A stretch of DNA of 64,000 bases from Paraspadella gotoi (taxonomy: Eukaryota > Animalia > Chaetognatha): contig JBJCIZ010000028.1 in NCBI GenBank assembly GCA_051294375.1, positions 992,437-1,056,436 on the forward strand, given 5' to 3'. Shown here one piece after another: positions 1 to 12,164 of this stretch (its first letter is position 1; the number at the start of each line of letters is the position of its first letter). A model generated the notes under the pieces. It was not told the origin of the DNA and searched no databases. It saw only the letters and a program-made list of their open reading frames with translations. The translations under genes and the position numbers were made by a program.

Positions 1-249
1 GTCACTCACCAAAGGTTTGGAAGGTGAATGTTGTTGTGGGGAGTTGTTGTGTGAGAAGGGAAATTGGTGGGTGTTAAATAGGTTCGATTGTTTTTCCGTC
101 AGAAGCAGATTTGTGGTTTAATCCTAATGAGATGGGGTCTCTCAATATCACATTCATTATTTATTACTCGTTAATAACTTAAAATTAATTCACAATTTCC
201 CCATTAATTAAACCACTCCAAATACCCAAAAAATCGCTCTTTTTCCACC

Positions 250-507
250 CTAGACTCGGAAGATCCACTGATCGTAGAAAACTGGGCGGGATCCTCGGGA
301 AGACGGAATCAACACAGGGACAAATTCTCTCGCGACTCTGACGGGAGAGGGAGAGGAAGAGGAGGAGGAAGAGGAGGGAGGAGAGATTGGGGAGGAGGAG
401 GAGGTCGGGGCGGAGAGGGTCGCTACGAGCCTCGTGCCTGGCCCTCCCGCGATAATCGCTCCCACGACAGAGGAAACAGACGAGACGGATCTAACAGATA
501 GACTCAT
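250..507 (-). CDS. First exon of a divergently transcribed gene, possibly nucleotidyltransferase-fold (NTP_transferase-like)
   Basis: ATG at 507 opens MSLSVRSVSSVSSVVGAIIAGGPGTRL...REFVPVLIPSSRGSRPVFY. This resembles the AxILAGGxGTRL...PKPLxPV...GxP signature, with a Ser/Pro insert. Downstream exons could not be resolved; a minus-strand GTGAGT donor lies near position 10. Confidence 0.35.
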   Translation of the reverse strand: MSLSVRSVSSVSSVVGAIIAGGPGTRLVATLSAPTSSSSPISPPSSSSSSSSPSPVRVAREFVPVLIPSSRGSRPVFYDQWIFRV

Positions 508-841
508 TGACTCGTCGCACAGATGGACGCACAATTTGTTAATGTCTCGTTAGTTGCTACTCTTCTACAACCTTTTTTTTTGTCCTGCGGCCCCTTTTCT
601 TTATCCCAGTTACATTTTTTCATCCACCGTTTTATATATTGCATTCATTCGCTCGTACTTTTCTTTACCGATTCCGATTTGTTACGAATAATCACGATTA
701 TTTATGAGACGTTTTCTTACTGCGTTAACTATTTTTTTTTGTGATTTCATGTTTCAATTCGTAGATTCGAGAAAAAAGTAAACAAAACAAAACTAAAAAT
801 TAAAGGAGAAACAAAAGAGCAAAGTCCCCCCCCTCCACAAA

Positions 842-2559
842 ATGGCGGGTGCCATCCCGTCCGTCGCCGATCCCTTCAACGTGACCCCCGAGGAGGAATC
901 CGCCGTCCTCGCTTTTTTCGAGGAGACCTTCCGGTTTCGTTTCACCGAACGCGACCCGGGATTCCAGAAGGCGCTCACCAAAGGTTCGAGAGACGCGGGA
1001 CGACCGAGACGACGTCTAAGAGGCTCCCCCGTTGGGCGGACGTCTGTGGAAAAAAAAAAAGGCCATCTCGCTCTCATATCTTTCTCTCTTTTCGAATGCT
1101 TGTATTTATGATTTTTTTTTTCCCTTCAGGGTTTTTTAATAAAAAAGAAAACTGACGCCAACGTCGATTGAGTTTTACGCGATTGAAACTTTTTACGAGT
1201 TTTACTTCTGTGAACCTTTTTTTGATTTTTCTATAAAAAAAAAACAAAAAAACCGTCGATTCGTTTTATATCAATTTGCATTGAGTTTATTACGCTCAGT
1301 CAACGGGTTTAAATATTAAATTTATTATTTTTAACGAAAAATTTGTCAAATTCCATGATGATTTATAATTCTGAAAAAGAAAAAAAAAATTACAACTTGG
1401 TTTATTTATTAAACTAGTAATTTTTAATTTTGCTAATTTCCCACTATTTGGCAAATTTTTCTACTAAGGTTGTTACCATTTACTTTTATATTCCTTATTC
1501 GCCTCTTCCTCTTTCTCCTTCCCCCCTTCTCCCCCCCCACAAATCCCAGACCCCGAGGAGCCTTTGATAGTGGAACGATGGGTGGGCGCGACCGCCCGAC
1601 GGAACCAACACCGCGACAAATTCGCCAACGACGTCGAATGGAGAGGAAGAGGAAGAGGAAGGGGGAGGAGAGGGTGGGGAAGGGGTAGAGGAGACGGAGG
1701 AAGAGGATATTTCTCGGGCGGAGGCTTCGAGGGAGGAAGAGGACGAGGAGGATTCGAAGGGAGAGGACGAGGAAGAGGAGAGAGGGGATTCGATAGAGGA
1801 AGAGGACGAGGAAGAGGCAGAGGAGAAAGTCGAGATTCGTCGCCCGGAATGGGAAGAGGGAGAGGACGAGGCAGAGGAGAAGATAGGGATTCGTCGCCGG
1901 GAATCGGAAGAGGACGAGGCAGAGGACGAGGCAGAGTAGAAGACCGGGATTCGTCGCCGGCCGTCGGATCTTCTAGAAAACGACCGGCCGACGCCGACAG
2001 CGCGGACGACGCCGCCTCTCCCGCCAAAAACTCTCGATCGAACGAGGATTATTCTCGGCGGCGCCATCACCGCGACGCCAACGGCCACGATCGAAGCCGC
2101 AGCGGCAGCCCCGGACGTCGCAGCGGCAGCCCCGGACGCCGCAGCGGCAGCCCCGGACGCCGCAGCCCCGTCCCCCGACGCCGCCATCCCGACGACCCCA
2201 AGGACAATCCCTACGATCGCGACCACGCCGATCGTCGCCCCTGGCGCAGTCGCGGCCCAAGACGAGGCCGGTTCTATCATCGCAAAAAGGGCTACGAGTA
2301 TCAAGCGGCCTACGAAGATAGAGACAATCCCGAATCATGGCCCGCCGAGATTGAGGCGCTTCCTCCTCCGGTACCTTTCGAATCATTCGGTCTGGGACCC
2401 GGAGAACGCGGGCCCGACGACGCCGTCTATAGGGCCTCGAACAGCGGCGTCAAAAACGGCGCCGGTGAAGCCGAAGACGACGACAGCGACGACGAAAGCA
2501 TCTCGAAATATGACTTGATGGCGGACGATCGAAGCGACGGGGAAATTCCGTCCGACTAA
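842..2559 (+). CDS. RAMAC: RNMT-activating mini protein (RAM/FAM103A1)-like, with a long RGG/RS C-terminal extension; exons 842-983 and 1550-2559, 383 aa
   Basis: The spliced product reads FFEETFRFRFTERDPGFQKALTK-DPEEPLIVERW, matching the RAM activation domain [33 protein letters not shown]. The GT-AG intron 984-1549 keeps the frame. Confidence 0.8.
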
Positions 2560-2898
2560 GGAGGCCACGTTTATTCGTCGCGTCTTGCGGCGAATTTATC
2601 GTCGCGTCTTGCGGCGAATTGCGGCGAACCAGAGAAGAGAGATCTCTTCGTCGTCGTTTCGTTAATTTTTTCAGATTTAAAAAAAAAAAAGCCATCGTTG
2701 ATACAAACAAAAGTCTCTCGTTGAGCTTTTTTATTACGAATTCGCGTTGTGACATTTGTGACATTTGTACGCGTTATACTAATTCGACTTTCTCTAGCTT
2801 AAAACACGTTCTATTTGTTAATTTCATAGTCTTAAACATAAACTAAGACGCTTATTCGAATGACCCGGGGGGGACTTTATCCAACGAGTTAACGAGAC

Positions 2899-3216
2899 AT
2901 GACGACTCAAAAGAAGACCGACCGAAAAGTGGGCGGTGGCAGCGGCGGACTCGGTCTCGCCGGCGGCGGCGCCTTCAAGGCCATGGTCGGCGGTTGCTGC
3001 GTCTGCTCCGAGGAGCAAGGCTGGGCCGAGAACCCCCTCGTCTACTGCGACGGCGACGGATGCAGCGTCGCCGTCCACAAACATTGCTACGGCATCATAA
3101 AAGTCCCCGCCGGATCTTGGTTCTGCAGGTCTCTGGGTTTGTGGGCGAGATGAAGGGGGGGGTTTTGGTTTAAATCCCGCTGTGAATATTTTTTATAATA
3201 TTTCAGAAAATGCATT

Positions 3217-3251
<35 letters not shown>

Positions 3252-6200
3252 CCCTCCCCCCTAGAAAATGCGAGTCCCAGGAACGCGCCGCCCGTGTCAA
3301 ATGCGAGTTGTGCCCGATGAAGACGGGCGCCCTCAAGCGGACGGACACGGGGTCGTGGGCCCACGTCGTCTGCGCCCTCTACATCCCCGAAGTCTCCTTC
3401 AGAAACGTTGAGACGACGATGGAACCGATAATATTGTCCAACGTTCCGAGGTAAGTACAGGAAGTTGGTCCTGGCGGAGTGTCGAGACTCTTCGCCTTTA
3501 TTCCTCGTTTAAAGTTCGTAAAAAATGATCACATTTTGAAAAGGCACAAAAGGCCAATGGTTTTTTTTTATATTTTCAAATTTTGAGCCATTTCAAAATT
3601 CAAAAAGCTGATGTTAATTGTATTCAAAGTATGTTTTTCAAAAAATACACGGCTAATAAAATTTTGTTTTCCGATATAATTTTTTTTTCAACCTAATTAA
3701 AAATGTTTATTAGTCAAAAAACATTCATATTTACTATTTATTTAGTTTATTTACATAGACATAACCGGGGTATAAACTTCTTTTCAATAAGGCCTTTTCG
3801 AGTGAAAAATAACCTGCAGCTATTTCTTATAATCTTTGGCGTTTCACGACCTCCCTATTCTCTTCCACTTAAAAAAAAAAAGCGATCGCTTCCTCAAAAC
3901 CTGCGCCATCTGCGAGGATCAAGGCAAAGAGTCCCGCGCCTCCTACGGCGCCTGCATGCAATGCAGCAAGACCAACTGCAAGATCTACTTTCACGTCACC
4001 TGCGCTCAGTCTGAGGGACTCTTGTGCGAGGAGCAGAACGCCAGGGACATAGTTACGTACTGCGGCTACTGTCCGCAACACTACCGGTTCGGTGGGAAGG
4101 GGGACGTTATTAATGTTTAACTTTCGCAATTGTACAATTTACAATTATCATCCTCATCAGGAAAGTTTCGAAACGCGAAAACGTCAAAGCGATTCCCGCC
4201 TTTCGAGATCCCGAGTTTCCAGAATCGACGCCGGAATCCTCGCCGGAAAAGCTCGTCGGCGTTCCCGTCGTCGGAAGCGGCATCAATCTCAACGACGGCG
4301 TCGTTTCATCCTTCTGCGCCTCCCTTCCTTATCTCGCCGACGATTACCGTCAGCCGCCTTCGCTTCCGCCCTCCAGCGCCTCCCTGCTCGGCCTCGGCCG
4401 CGTCTCCACTTCTTCCGGATCGCCGCTGGGTTCGCCGCTCGGCGCCGTCGAGGAGGCCGGCGCCGCCGCGGCAGCGTCCGCCGCGGCGGTCGCTGCGGCG
4501 GCGGAGTCTCTGAAGCGGAAGACGCGCGAAGGGTCGAGCGACGGATCCAACGCTTCGTCGAAGAAGACGAAGAAGAAGAAGAAACGAAAGCCGGAGAATG
4601 TGGGAGGAAGGTTGGGATATGATGGACGAATTGAATTGAGTGTCAATAGTCAGAGATACCTGAAGAGACATTCTATATAAGCAGTCCCTGAGCTTCGGAT
4701 CAGGCTGTAACACTGTGTTACAGGCGGGTTAAGCGCCCCGTCCCTCTTAACTGCTAGGCGACCACCGGGCTGGAACCCCGAACCTTTGGGTTGGGAGGCG
4801 AATGACTTGCCTCCTGCACCAATGGCCGCTAGGGAGAAGTCTGTTGCATCTCTTGAATGAATTGTTGTTTGTGGAAAGTTTGTCACCAAGCTGAGGCATG
4901 TCGCCTGAAAGTGTTGTTGTTGCTGTTGTGTTTGGAAGTTGGGCTCACCAATGAAGAGACAGTAATGATAGTTGTGTTAATGACAGAACCGTTCAATATA
5001 AGCAGGCTCTGAGCTTCGGATCAAGCTGTAAAACTGTTACAGGCGGGTTAAGCGCCCCGCCCCCCACTGCGAGTCGACCACCGGGCTAGAATCCCGGACC
5101 TTTGGGTTGGGAGGCGAATGACTTGCCCCCTGCACCAATGGCCGCTGATGAACGGTTGGTGGATTTTAGTGGAAAATTACGAACGGTTGTGTTTGTCGAT
5201 ACTCGGACTGAAAAAAAGCTGAATGATAATAGCTAGTGATTGAATGAATGGTTGATTGGTTGATTGATTGAGCCAAATGAGTTACAGAACATTGAACAAA
5301 CAAAAAAACAAACAATACTCTTAGCATCGCTACAACCATCAACAAATTCCATTATCTATTCATATTCTCAGGGATTCCGACGACGACCGCGACGACGCCG
5401 AACCTCCTCGAACGACGACCTCCTCCGCGACCTCCTCCACTTTAGCCTCGCAACAAGAAGCTCTCCTCTCCAAGATGAAGCCCACTTCCGTCGTCCTCAG
5501 CCAACTTCCGCAGCAGCATCAGTCCTTCTCTTCCCGTCCCGCCGCCACAGCAGCCGCAGCCTCCGACGCCCTCCACCGATCATTATCTCGGTCGTCCCCG
5601 TCGCTGCCGACCAGCGCCGCGTCGGCGTCGCCGGCCGAGCGACTCTCCTCGGCTTCGCCGGTGGGCGGCGCCGGCGCCGCTTCGGCGGAGGAGGCGTCGG
5701 CCGCGACGGCGCCGTCGCATTCCTTGACTTCGGTCGGAAGTTCGTCGTCGTCGGTGACGTCATTGTCGAGGTTTTGTTAGTTTTATTTTAATGTTTAATA
5801 TTTATTTATTAACAAAGTTTGATTTTATTTATTTATAAACTTTTAATTTATGCGAAACTAATCAAAAGTATTCCCAAAATAGTAAACTAAAACTCAATAG
5901 AAAACTGAATCAAAAGATATGGAAAATAATCTAATCTACTACAATATGCAAAATAGATTGAACTCAAAAGTGATTCTGCTACATTCGCCCCCTTCCTATA
6001 TCCCCAGCGCTTCCACGGTCCCCTTCGCCACTTCAAACAACCCTTCCCCTCCAAGCGGCGATTCCAACACTCCCACCGAGGGCGCCACCCCCGGCGACAC
6101 TCCTAGAGACACGCCCAGCGTCTTCACGGGCGACGAGGAAGAGGAAGAGACGGTTCGTCGCGAGGCGCCGGCGACGCCGCCGGCCAAATGCGACATGAGC

Positions 6201-7796
6201 GTCGACGAAATACCGACGACGAAAATAACGACGAAAAAGAAGAAAAAGAAAAAAATGGCGTCGCCGAATTTCGACGCCGCCTCAATGATTCCAACCTCGG
6301 CTCCTTCCGACTCTAACCGACCCGCCTACGTGGGACCCGTCCCGCCAACTCGACGCCATCAAACTCATTCGGTCAATCACTTCGTCAAGGACGGCAAACC
6401 CGCCACGTCCAAGTCCTCGTCCTCCTCGGGATTCCCGACTTCCCTCGACCAATTGTTGGAGCAGCACTGGGATCTCGGGAGTCACTTCATCATGAGCGAA
6501 TCGGAGCATTTCGACATCGCCACTCTCCTCCAGTGCCTCTATCAGTTGAAGCAGGAAAACCTCAAGCTGGAGGCGTGTTCCAAGGCGATGCAGGTGAGAA
6601 AGGAGCATCTCTTGGCGGTTAACGCTAGACTCAGGATCTCGCTCAAGGATGGCGCGCCTCCCGGCTCCGTTGCGGCGTCCTCGTCTGTACCCGACCCCGC
6701 TGCAGCCTCAGCGCCGCCGCCTCCACTGCCGCCGCGACTGACCAACGGCCCGACGCAACCCTACGAGTCGTCTTCCTTCGCGACGCCCTCGAGCCACGCC
6801 TCCTCGTCAACCGGAGATTCGGCGGCGCCGCTTTCCGCCTCCTACTTTCCCGGCGTTGTCGACAGTCGTCTCGAGTCTGTCGTCGAGAAAAAGGAAGTAT
6901 TTCCGTCGGAGGCGAAGGAGGCTGACGTGAAGCCTCACCCGACCTTGCCCGGGACGGCGTTGGCCGGGTCGGCCCCGCCCACGCCGCGTTTGGGTCCATC
7001 GCCGAAGCCGTCGCCGACGCCGCTACATTATCTGCCGAATCCGCCTCCGCCCGCTGCTCACGCTCACCAGCCGATACCGCAGGCGCCGTCGCCGACTCGG
7101 CGTCGCAGCGTCTCTCCGCGGCCTTCGTCCGCCGGAAGATCAGCACCGTCGCCGGGATTGGTCGATCGATCGGCGCCACCGCCGCCGGAACGGCATCGCG
7201 TGGTCGTGTCCCCGCAGTCGCACCTTCTCGCCGCCGCCGGAAAACTTTCGCCGCACGACGCGATCATCTGGCGACAACAGCTGTTGCTGCAGCAGCAAAC
7301 GACGGCGGCTGTAGCGGCCGCAGCAGTCGCCGCGTCTCCTTTTCCAGAACTGAAAGTGTCGCCTGTTAGGGATCCTTCGCGAGAGAGACGAGAGTCGGCC
7401 GAAGCCAAGAATCTCGATCCCCTCCAGGTTCACGCCGAGTCCATCTTGCTACACCAACAGCAGCAGCAACAACAGCAACAAAAATACCTCGCATCCGCCC
7501 TCGCCGCTTCGCCCTACAAACCCATCTCGCCGCAGCAACTTCAACTTTTGCTGCAGCAACAACAGCAACCGCCACTCATCTACGGAACCGGATCGTCCGC
7601 CGTCAATCAGACGCCGCTAGTTTATCGCATGATGGCGCAACCGTCTCCCGCGGCGGCGGCGGCTGCTGCGGCGGCGGCGGGGGCGAATCCTACCGATCTT
7701 TCGCCGCCTCAGCAGCAGCAGCACAAGCGGACGCCGCCGTCGCAGAAGCATCCGCCGCCACCGCATAGACCGTCCGGACATTCGCCGAGAAAGTAG
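2899..7796 (+). CDS. MLLT10: AF10/AF17-family PZP (PHD-Zn knuckle-PHD) protein with C-terminal OM-LZ DOT1L-binding region; about 6 exons
   Basis: [24 protein letters not shown]..., [55 protein letters not shown], and [20 protein letters not shown]...[21 protein letters not shown]. The start may instead be the ATG at about 2983. Confidence 0.92.
4671..4830 (-). mobile_element. tRNA-derived SINE, copy 1 (AF10 intron)
   Basis: Minus strand reads GCGGCCA TTGGTGCAGGAGG...TCGCCTCCCAAC...GGTTCCAGCCCGG TGGTCGC: A-box, B-box-like motif and paired acceptor stem, then an ~85-nt non-tRNA body shared with copy 2. Confidence 0.7.
4992..5146 (-). mobile_element. tRNA-derived SINE, copy 2 (AF10 intron)
   Basis: Diverged copy of 4671-4830 in the same orientation, with the same head and body boundaries. 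Confidence 0.7.
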
Positions 7797-7881
7797 AACT
7801 CGTTTTATTTTTATTTGAGATGAAAAAAACAAAAACAAAAACCGAAAAACAGATTTCGTATCTTTATTAACAATTACACAA

Positions 7882-8363
7882 TAAGGCGTAGTAAAAATAT
7901 TAAAATCAAGTAGAATCAAAATTCGAATAGTAGATCATGAACAGGCTTGTACCTGTGAACGTTTTTAAATAAAAAAAAATGTATTTTATTAATTTTCGCA
8001 TACGCCCATATTTATACATACTCGGTATAGAAAATATTAAAATTTTAAGATAGTTTTTTCTTATTTTTGAAAGCAGATTCGAATTCCTCACGAAAAGTTG
8101 ATAAAAAAAATATAACTTAATGAAAAAAATTTTGATCGACTTATTTTGTTTTATCAACTTTTTATGAAGAATTCGAATCTGCTTTCAAAACTAAAAAAAC
8201 TATTTTTAAAATTTAAACATTTTCTAAGGTAAGTACTATGTATAAATATAGGCGTATGCGAAAATTAATTTATTTAAAACAATTTATATATCAATATTTT
8301 TTAATACAAGACTGTTCATGAACAACTATTCGAATTTTAATCTGCAACTTTCACTCCGCCTTA
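7882..8363. mobile_element. Foldback MITE (~480 bp, nearly all palindromic) with 8-10 bp target-site duplication
   Basis: Ends TAAGGCGTAGT...ACTCCGCCTTA. Internal arms pair, e.g. AAAGCAGATTCGAATTC / GAATTCGAATCTGCTTT and AATTTTCGCATACGCC / GGCGTATGCGAAAATT. Direct repeat ATTACACAAT at 7873-7882 and 8363-8372. Confidence 0.85.
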
Positions 8364-8643
8364 TTACACAATGACAATTTTTTTCCCCTCGAAAAAGTCG
8401 GTTTTTATCCCCTTTTTTTTTGGTTCGTTATGCGCAGTTAGTTAAACGTTTTTTTTGATATTGTTTCCATTGGTATTTTTTTTTCTCGTCGCATTGATTA
8501 ACTGAAATTAAACTTGAAAAACGAAGTCATTCGTGCATAATTGAATTTTAATAAAAGTTTAGACTTTAGTTTTTGAGATTTTTTTTTTTTCTTAAGTCGA
8601 TCGACTTTATCTCTTTTTTTTTTAGTTTATTTTTAATTTTCTC

Positions 8644-10810
8644 ATGACTGTTCGGGGACACTCCACGGTCCCCCCGACGCCGAAGCCTCGCGACTTCGCA
8701 CCCGCCGACGATGCTCGTCCGCCGAGGCGATCCGTCAAGGCCGCCGGCGCCGAAGCGGCCTCGGACTTTCTCTCTCGGGCTAAGAACCGCAAAGGCCGCC
8801 CGCTAGACCTGGAAGGCTTCGTCGAGGCCGTGACGGGCGCCCGCGCCCGAGCGGCCGACGAGGCTTTGACCGAGGCCGAGCGGAGAGAGACGAAAGCGGA
8901 GAGAGAGAATCGGAGTCGTCGTCTGCTCTGGGATTTGGCGGCGGAGGAAGCGAAGGGGGACGAGTTCGCGGTGAGAAAGGGGGGGGGGGAGTCGGGAGTC
9001 GGAAGGATAACAACAACAATTCGAAACAACGACCAACGACGATGCAAACAAATAATTGCGGGAATGGTTGCAAAAATATCTTATGTCAACAATAAACGAG
9101 AACAAATAAGGGGAAGATAAAAATGAAAAAGAAGAAGAGATCGGGAGACAAAGTCAAGCAACTCCGTCCACATGAGACGGCAACTCAATCACGGGACTTC
9201 GGGAAGCGAGCAGGTCCCCGTTCTCGCGCTGAAGGCAGACAGAAAGTCTCTCAAAAAAGTGCTTAGACGTTTTGCCGATATCTAAGCCTGCATTCGTTGC
9301 TTGGAGTTTGGCGAAATCTTTTAAGTTTGAGAAAGCATCCAGGTCCCATGCCCCGAAGGTAGTAACAACCAGAGGGATGAAGCCAACGTCGATGACCATT
9401 CTGACATACTGAGTCATTTTAACTCGTTTCTGTAACTTTGACAATACAAATTTGAGTTTGAGTTATAAAATGTTTTTTTTTAAAAACAAAAACGATATTA
9501 ACACAATTGTTAAATACAAAAATAGTAACGGTATCAATAACAACGTAAAAAGACTGGAACTGTATCTGCCAAGTATTATTTTTTAAAAGTTATAAACTAA
9601 TTCATAAGAAACTATAAAAAAGAACGTTCAAGGATCAAATGTCAAAATCATAACCAGAAACAGCAAATAACCGAAAAACATCGAGTATAAACAGTTATAC
9701 AAATGAAATTTTTTAAATATTTTTCTTTCCTCTTTCTATAATTTTCCATCGTTTTTTTTCCCGCCGGTCGACGAAAGAAGACGACCCCGAGGCCAAAACG
9801 AATCTTTTCGTATTTGATTGACGTTTAGCTCATTAATATCTTCAAGATATCATTGTTTAAAACACTTACTATGCTGTAGTGTCACTATTCGCCATTAAAA
9901 TTTTAAATTAAATTATTCAACATCTGTGCTACTGCAATATGCAAATAAGATTATTGGTATTGTGCAAAGTCGACTTTAATGACGTTAGGCTTTTTCCCCC
10001 CCCTCAGTTATCCGTTCTAGATTCGGCGGCGGCCGCCCAGTCTCTCAGGGACGCCAACGGCCTCGTCCGGGGAGAGGAGGAAAACGCAGAGTATGGTGAG
10101 GAAAAATTAATTAAAAAATACAATTTAAAAAAAAAATTGATTGTAACTCGAGAGTTTGGAAAGACCGTTAAATATTTTAAAGGCAACTAAATATTATTTT
10201 AGACTGCTTATGGTTATTGTGCTTATGGTTATTGGTTATAAATTGTCAAATATTACAAATATACACTACAATACGCCCATTTCCCGGCCATCATGGATAT
10301 TTCCTCGCAATTATCCCCCCCCCCTCCTCCTAACCTCTTCCCCTATTCCCCGCAGTCCCTTCCCTCCTCGGTCTCCGCCCTTTCGACGTCGCCCCATCTC
10401 GCTCCGACGTCCGCGAATTCAAATCCTCCCTCGCGCCGCTCGTCGCTCGAAGGATCGAGGCGAAGAGGGAGAGGCTCCTTCAGTTTGTGGATCCGACCAA
10501 GATGCTGAGCAAAAGGTGGGTTGCTGGGAGGGGGGAGGTTGGGGAAGCGAATCAGGTGCGGGGGCGAGATCGTTAAAAAAAAAGCAAAGTCAGTGAGGCT
10601 CCGATAGTTGCGATGAAGATTTCGCTCTTTCGTATGGATAAATGACGCCTGACACGTTTACGTAGCGCTCTGACAAGTGTTCTGAAATGCCCTCGAATGA
10701 ATAAACGGTGAGATTTCCTCTCATGCTCGAGGCTCGTGGTATCTCGCCTACCGTACCTTTAGCAAGAGAACCTTGGACCCGGAACGCACGGCTCGGGGGA
10801 ATTTATTTGC

Positions 10811-10841
<31 letters not shown>

Positions 10842-12164
10842 TTTTGCCATTGGTTTTATTTAAATGGTTAAATGCCCACAATGTGGGCCCCACATGCCTT
10901 TTGCCAGTAAGATTTAATGTGGTTCAAGGCTCTTGGATGCATTATGCAGTTTGCAACCACTTAGCGGACAACTGTTCACTTACGTCTGTATTACATAATA
11001 TTTAATGAAATTTTATATGGCATTTCGCCACGCCGCGAAAAATTGAATCTTATTCTCCCCTCAGCGATTCCCGTCGCCCGCTGACCGACGCCGTCTCCGC
11101 CGTCGTTTCTCGCCACGACGCCGCCGCTTCGGCGCTGCAGGAGGAAACGGCGCAGCTGGAATCCTTCGTCCGCAAACTCCTCGTCGCCCACGAGAGACTC
11201 GTCGACCACGGGACGCTGCTGCTGAGGGAGCACCTACCCGCCGCGCAGAAGGAGGAGGTGAGGCTTGTTTGGGTTCGTGTCGATCGTTGTCAAATATTGT
11301 AGGCTCGCGTTATTGAGTTAAGTCCATTTTTTTGTTGGGTATTGTCAGTTATTAGCGATTATTGTCAATGGAAGATTACTTTTGATTGTTGTCAAACGTT
11401 GTTGGATGCCGATTGCTTTCGATTATTGTAGATTAATGATGATTTATTTAAAATGTTGTCGCTTATAATCGGTTATTCTCGGTCATCAGTGATCGTTGTT
11501 AATTACTGCTGATTATTTATCTTTATCGTTGTAAAATGTCAATTAGGGTTATTGTTAATTTGATCAGTTGTTGTTAATCAAAAAAACGAAACCTTTTCTC
11601 CACTCTCCATCCCACGAACAAGACCTCCCGCGCCAACTGGCTCCTCGCCCGCGCCCGATGTCTCAAGGCCAAAGCCAATCTGATCGAGGTCAGGACTCAC
11701 GGGGTCGTCTACCCCAAGAAGACGGTCAAGATTCTCAAGACGATTCGATACAAACTCGACAAGAAGATCGATGAAGTCGACCGGGTCAGTCTGTCTTTCA
11801 AAAATATAAGGGAGTGGACTTTTCGTACAATTGAAACATTATTTGAGATATTATACCACTTCATTGATAGGGAAGAAGCCAGTGAATAAACAAGAATGGA
11901 TAATTTTTATATTGGTATTTCATTCAAAAAAATTTTTTTCGCGATTTTGCCATATATTCGTTAGTTAGTTTACATTATATTGAATAAAATTGATAATACA
12001 TCCTTCAGAATCACCGACGGTTCTCTCGCCTGGCCGCCGAATACGCGTCCCTCGGCGAGAACTTCAACCTCCTCGCCGACGAGTATCGATCTTTGCTCAA
12101 GAAGATCGAGAGTCAAAAGTTCGTCCTGCGGGAATACGAGAAGGAAGAGACCGGGACGGAATGA
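8644..12164 (+). CDS. HAUS4: HAUS augmin-like complex subunit 4; about 6 exons
   Basis: Spliced exons give PSLLGL...RRIEAKRERLLQFVDP, ANWLLARARCLKAKANLIE..VYPKKTVKILKTIR and EYASLGENFNLLADEYRSLLKKIESQKFVLREYEK*. The last matches the HAUS4 C-terminus YEVLGEEFDRLVKEY..L....ENKRWALQEF. Confidence 0.78.
9154..9410 (-). mobile_element. 3' fragment of an RLE-type (CRE-like) non-LTR retrotransposon in HAUS4 intron 1
   Basis: FIPLVVTTFGAWDLDAFSNLKDFAKLQ...FFERLSVCLQRENG* matches the C-terminal restriction-like endonuclease tail (FxPLxxETxGxW...RLSVxLQRxN) of CRE-clade elements; 5' truncated. Confidence 0.7.

Noticed and set aside
1473-2386. Long antisense and alternative-frame ORFs over GC-rich exons (also at 4092-4713, 6282-7575, 12461-12862, 28524-29144)
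   Set aside because: Shadow ORFs of GC-rich, low-complexity coding sequence with no family motifs.
4755-4830. tRNA-Gly(CCC) gene
   Set aside because: The anticodon stem is unpaired, the T loop deviates, and a shared non-tRNA body follows in two copies, which indicates a SINE.
10605-10676. Possible intronic C/D box snoRNA (ATGAAGA...CTGA)
   Set aside because: The C box is imperfect, the terminal stem is only 3 bp and I recognised no rRNA-complementary guide. It would need snoscan or Infernal.
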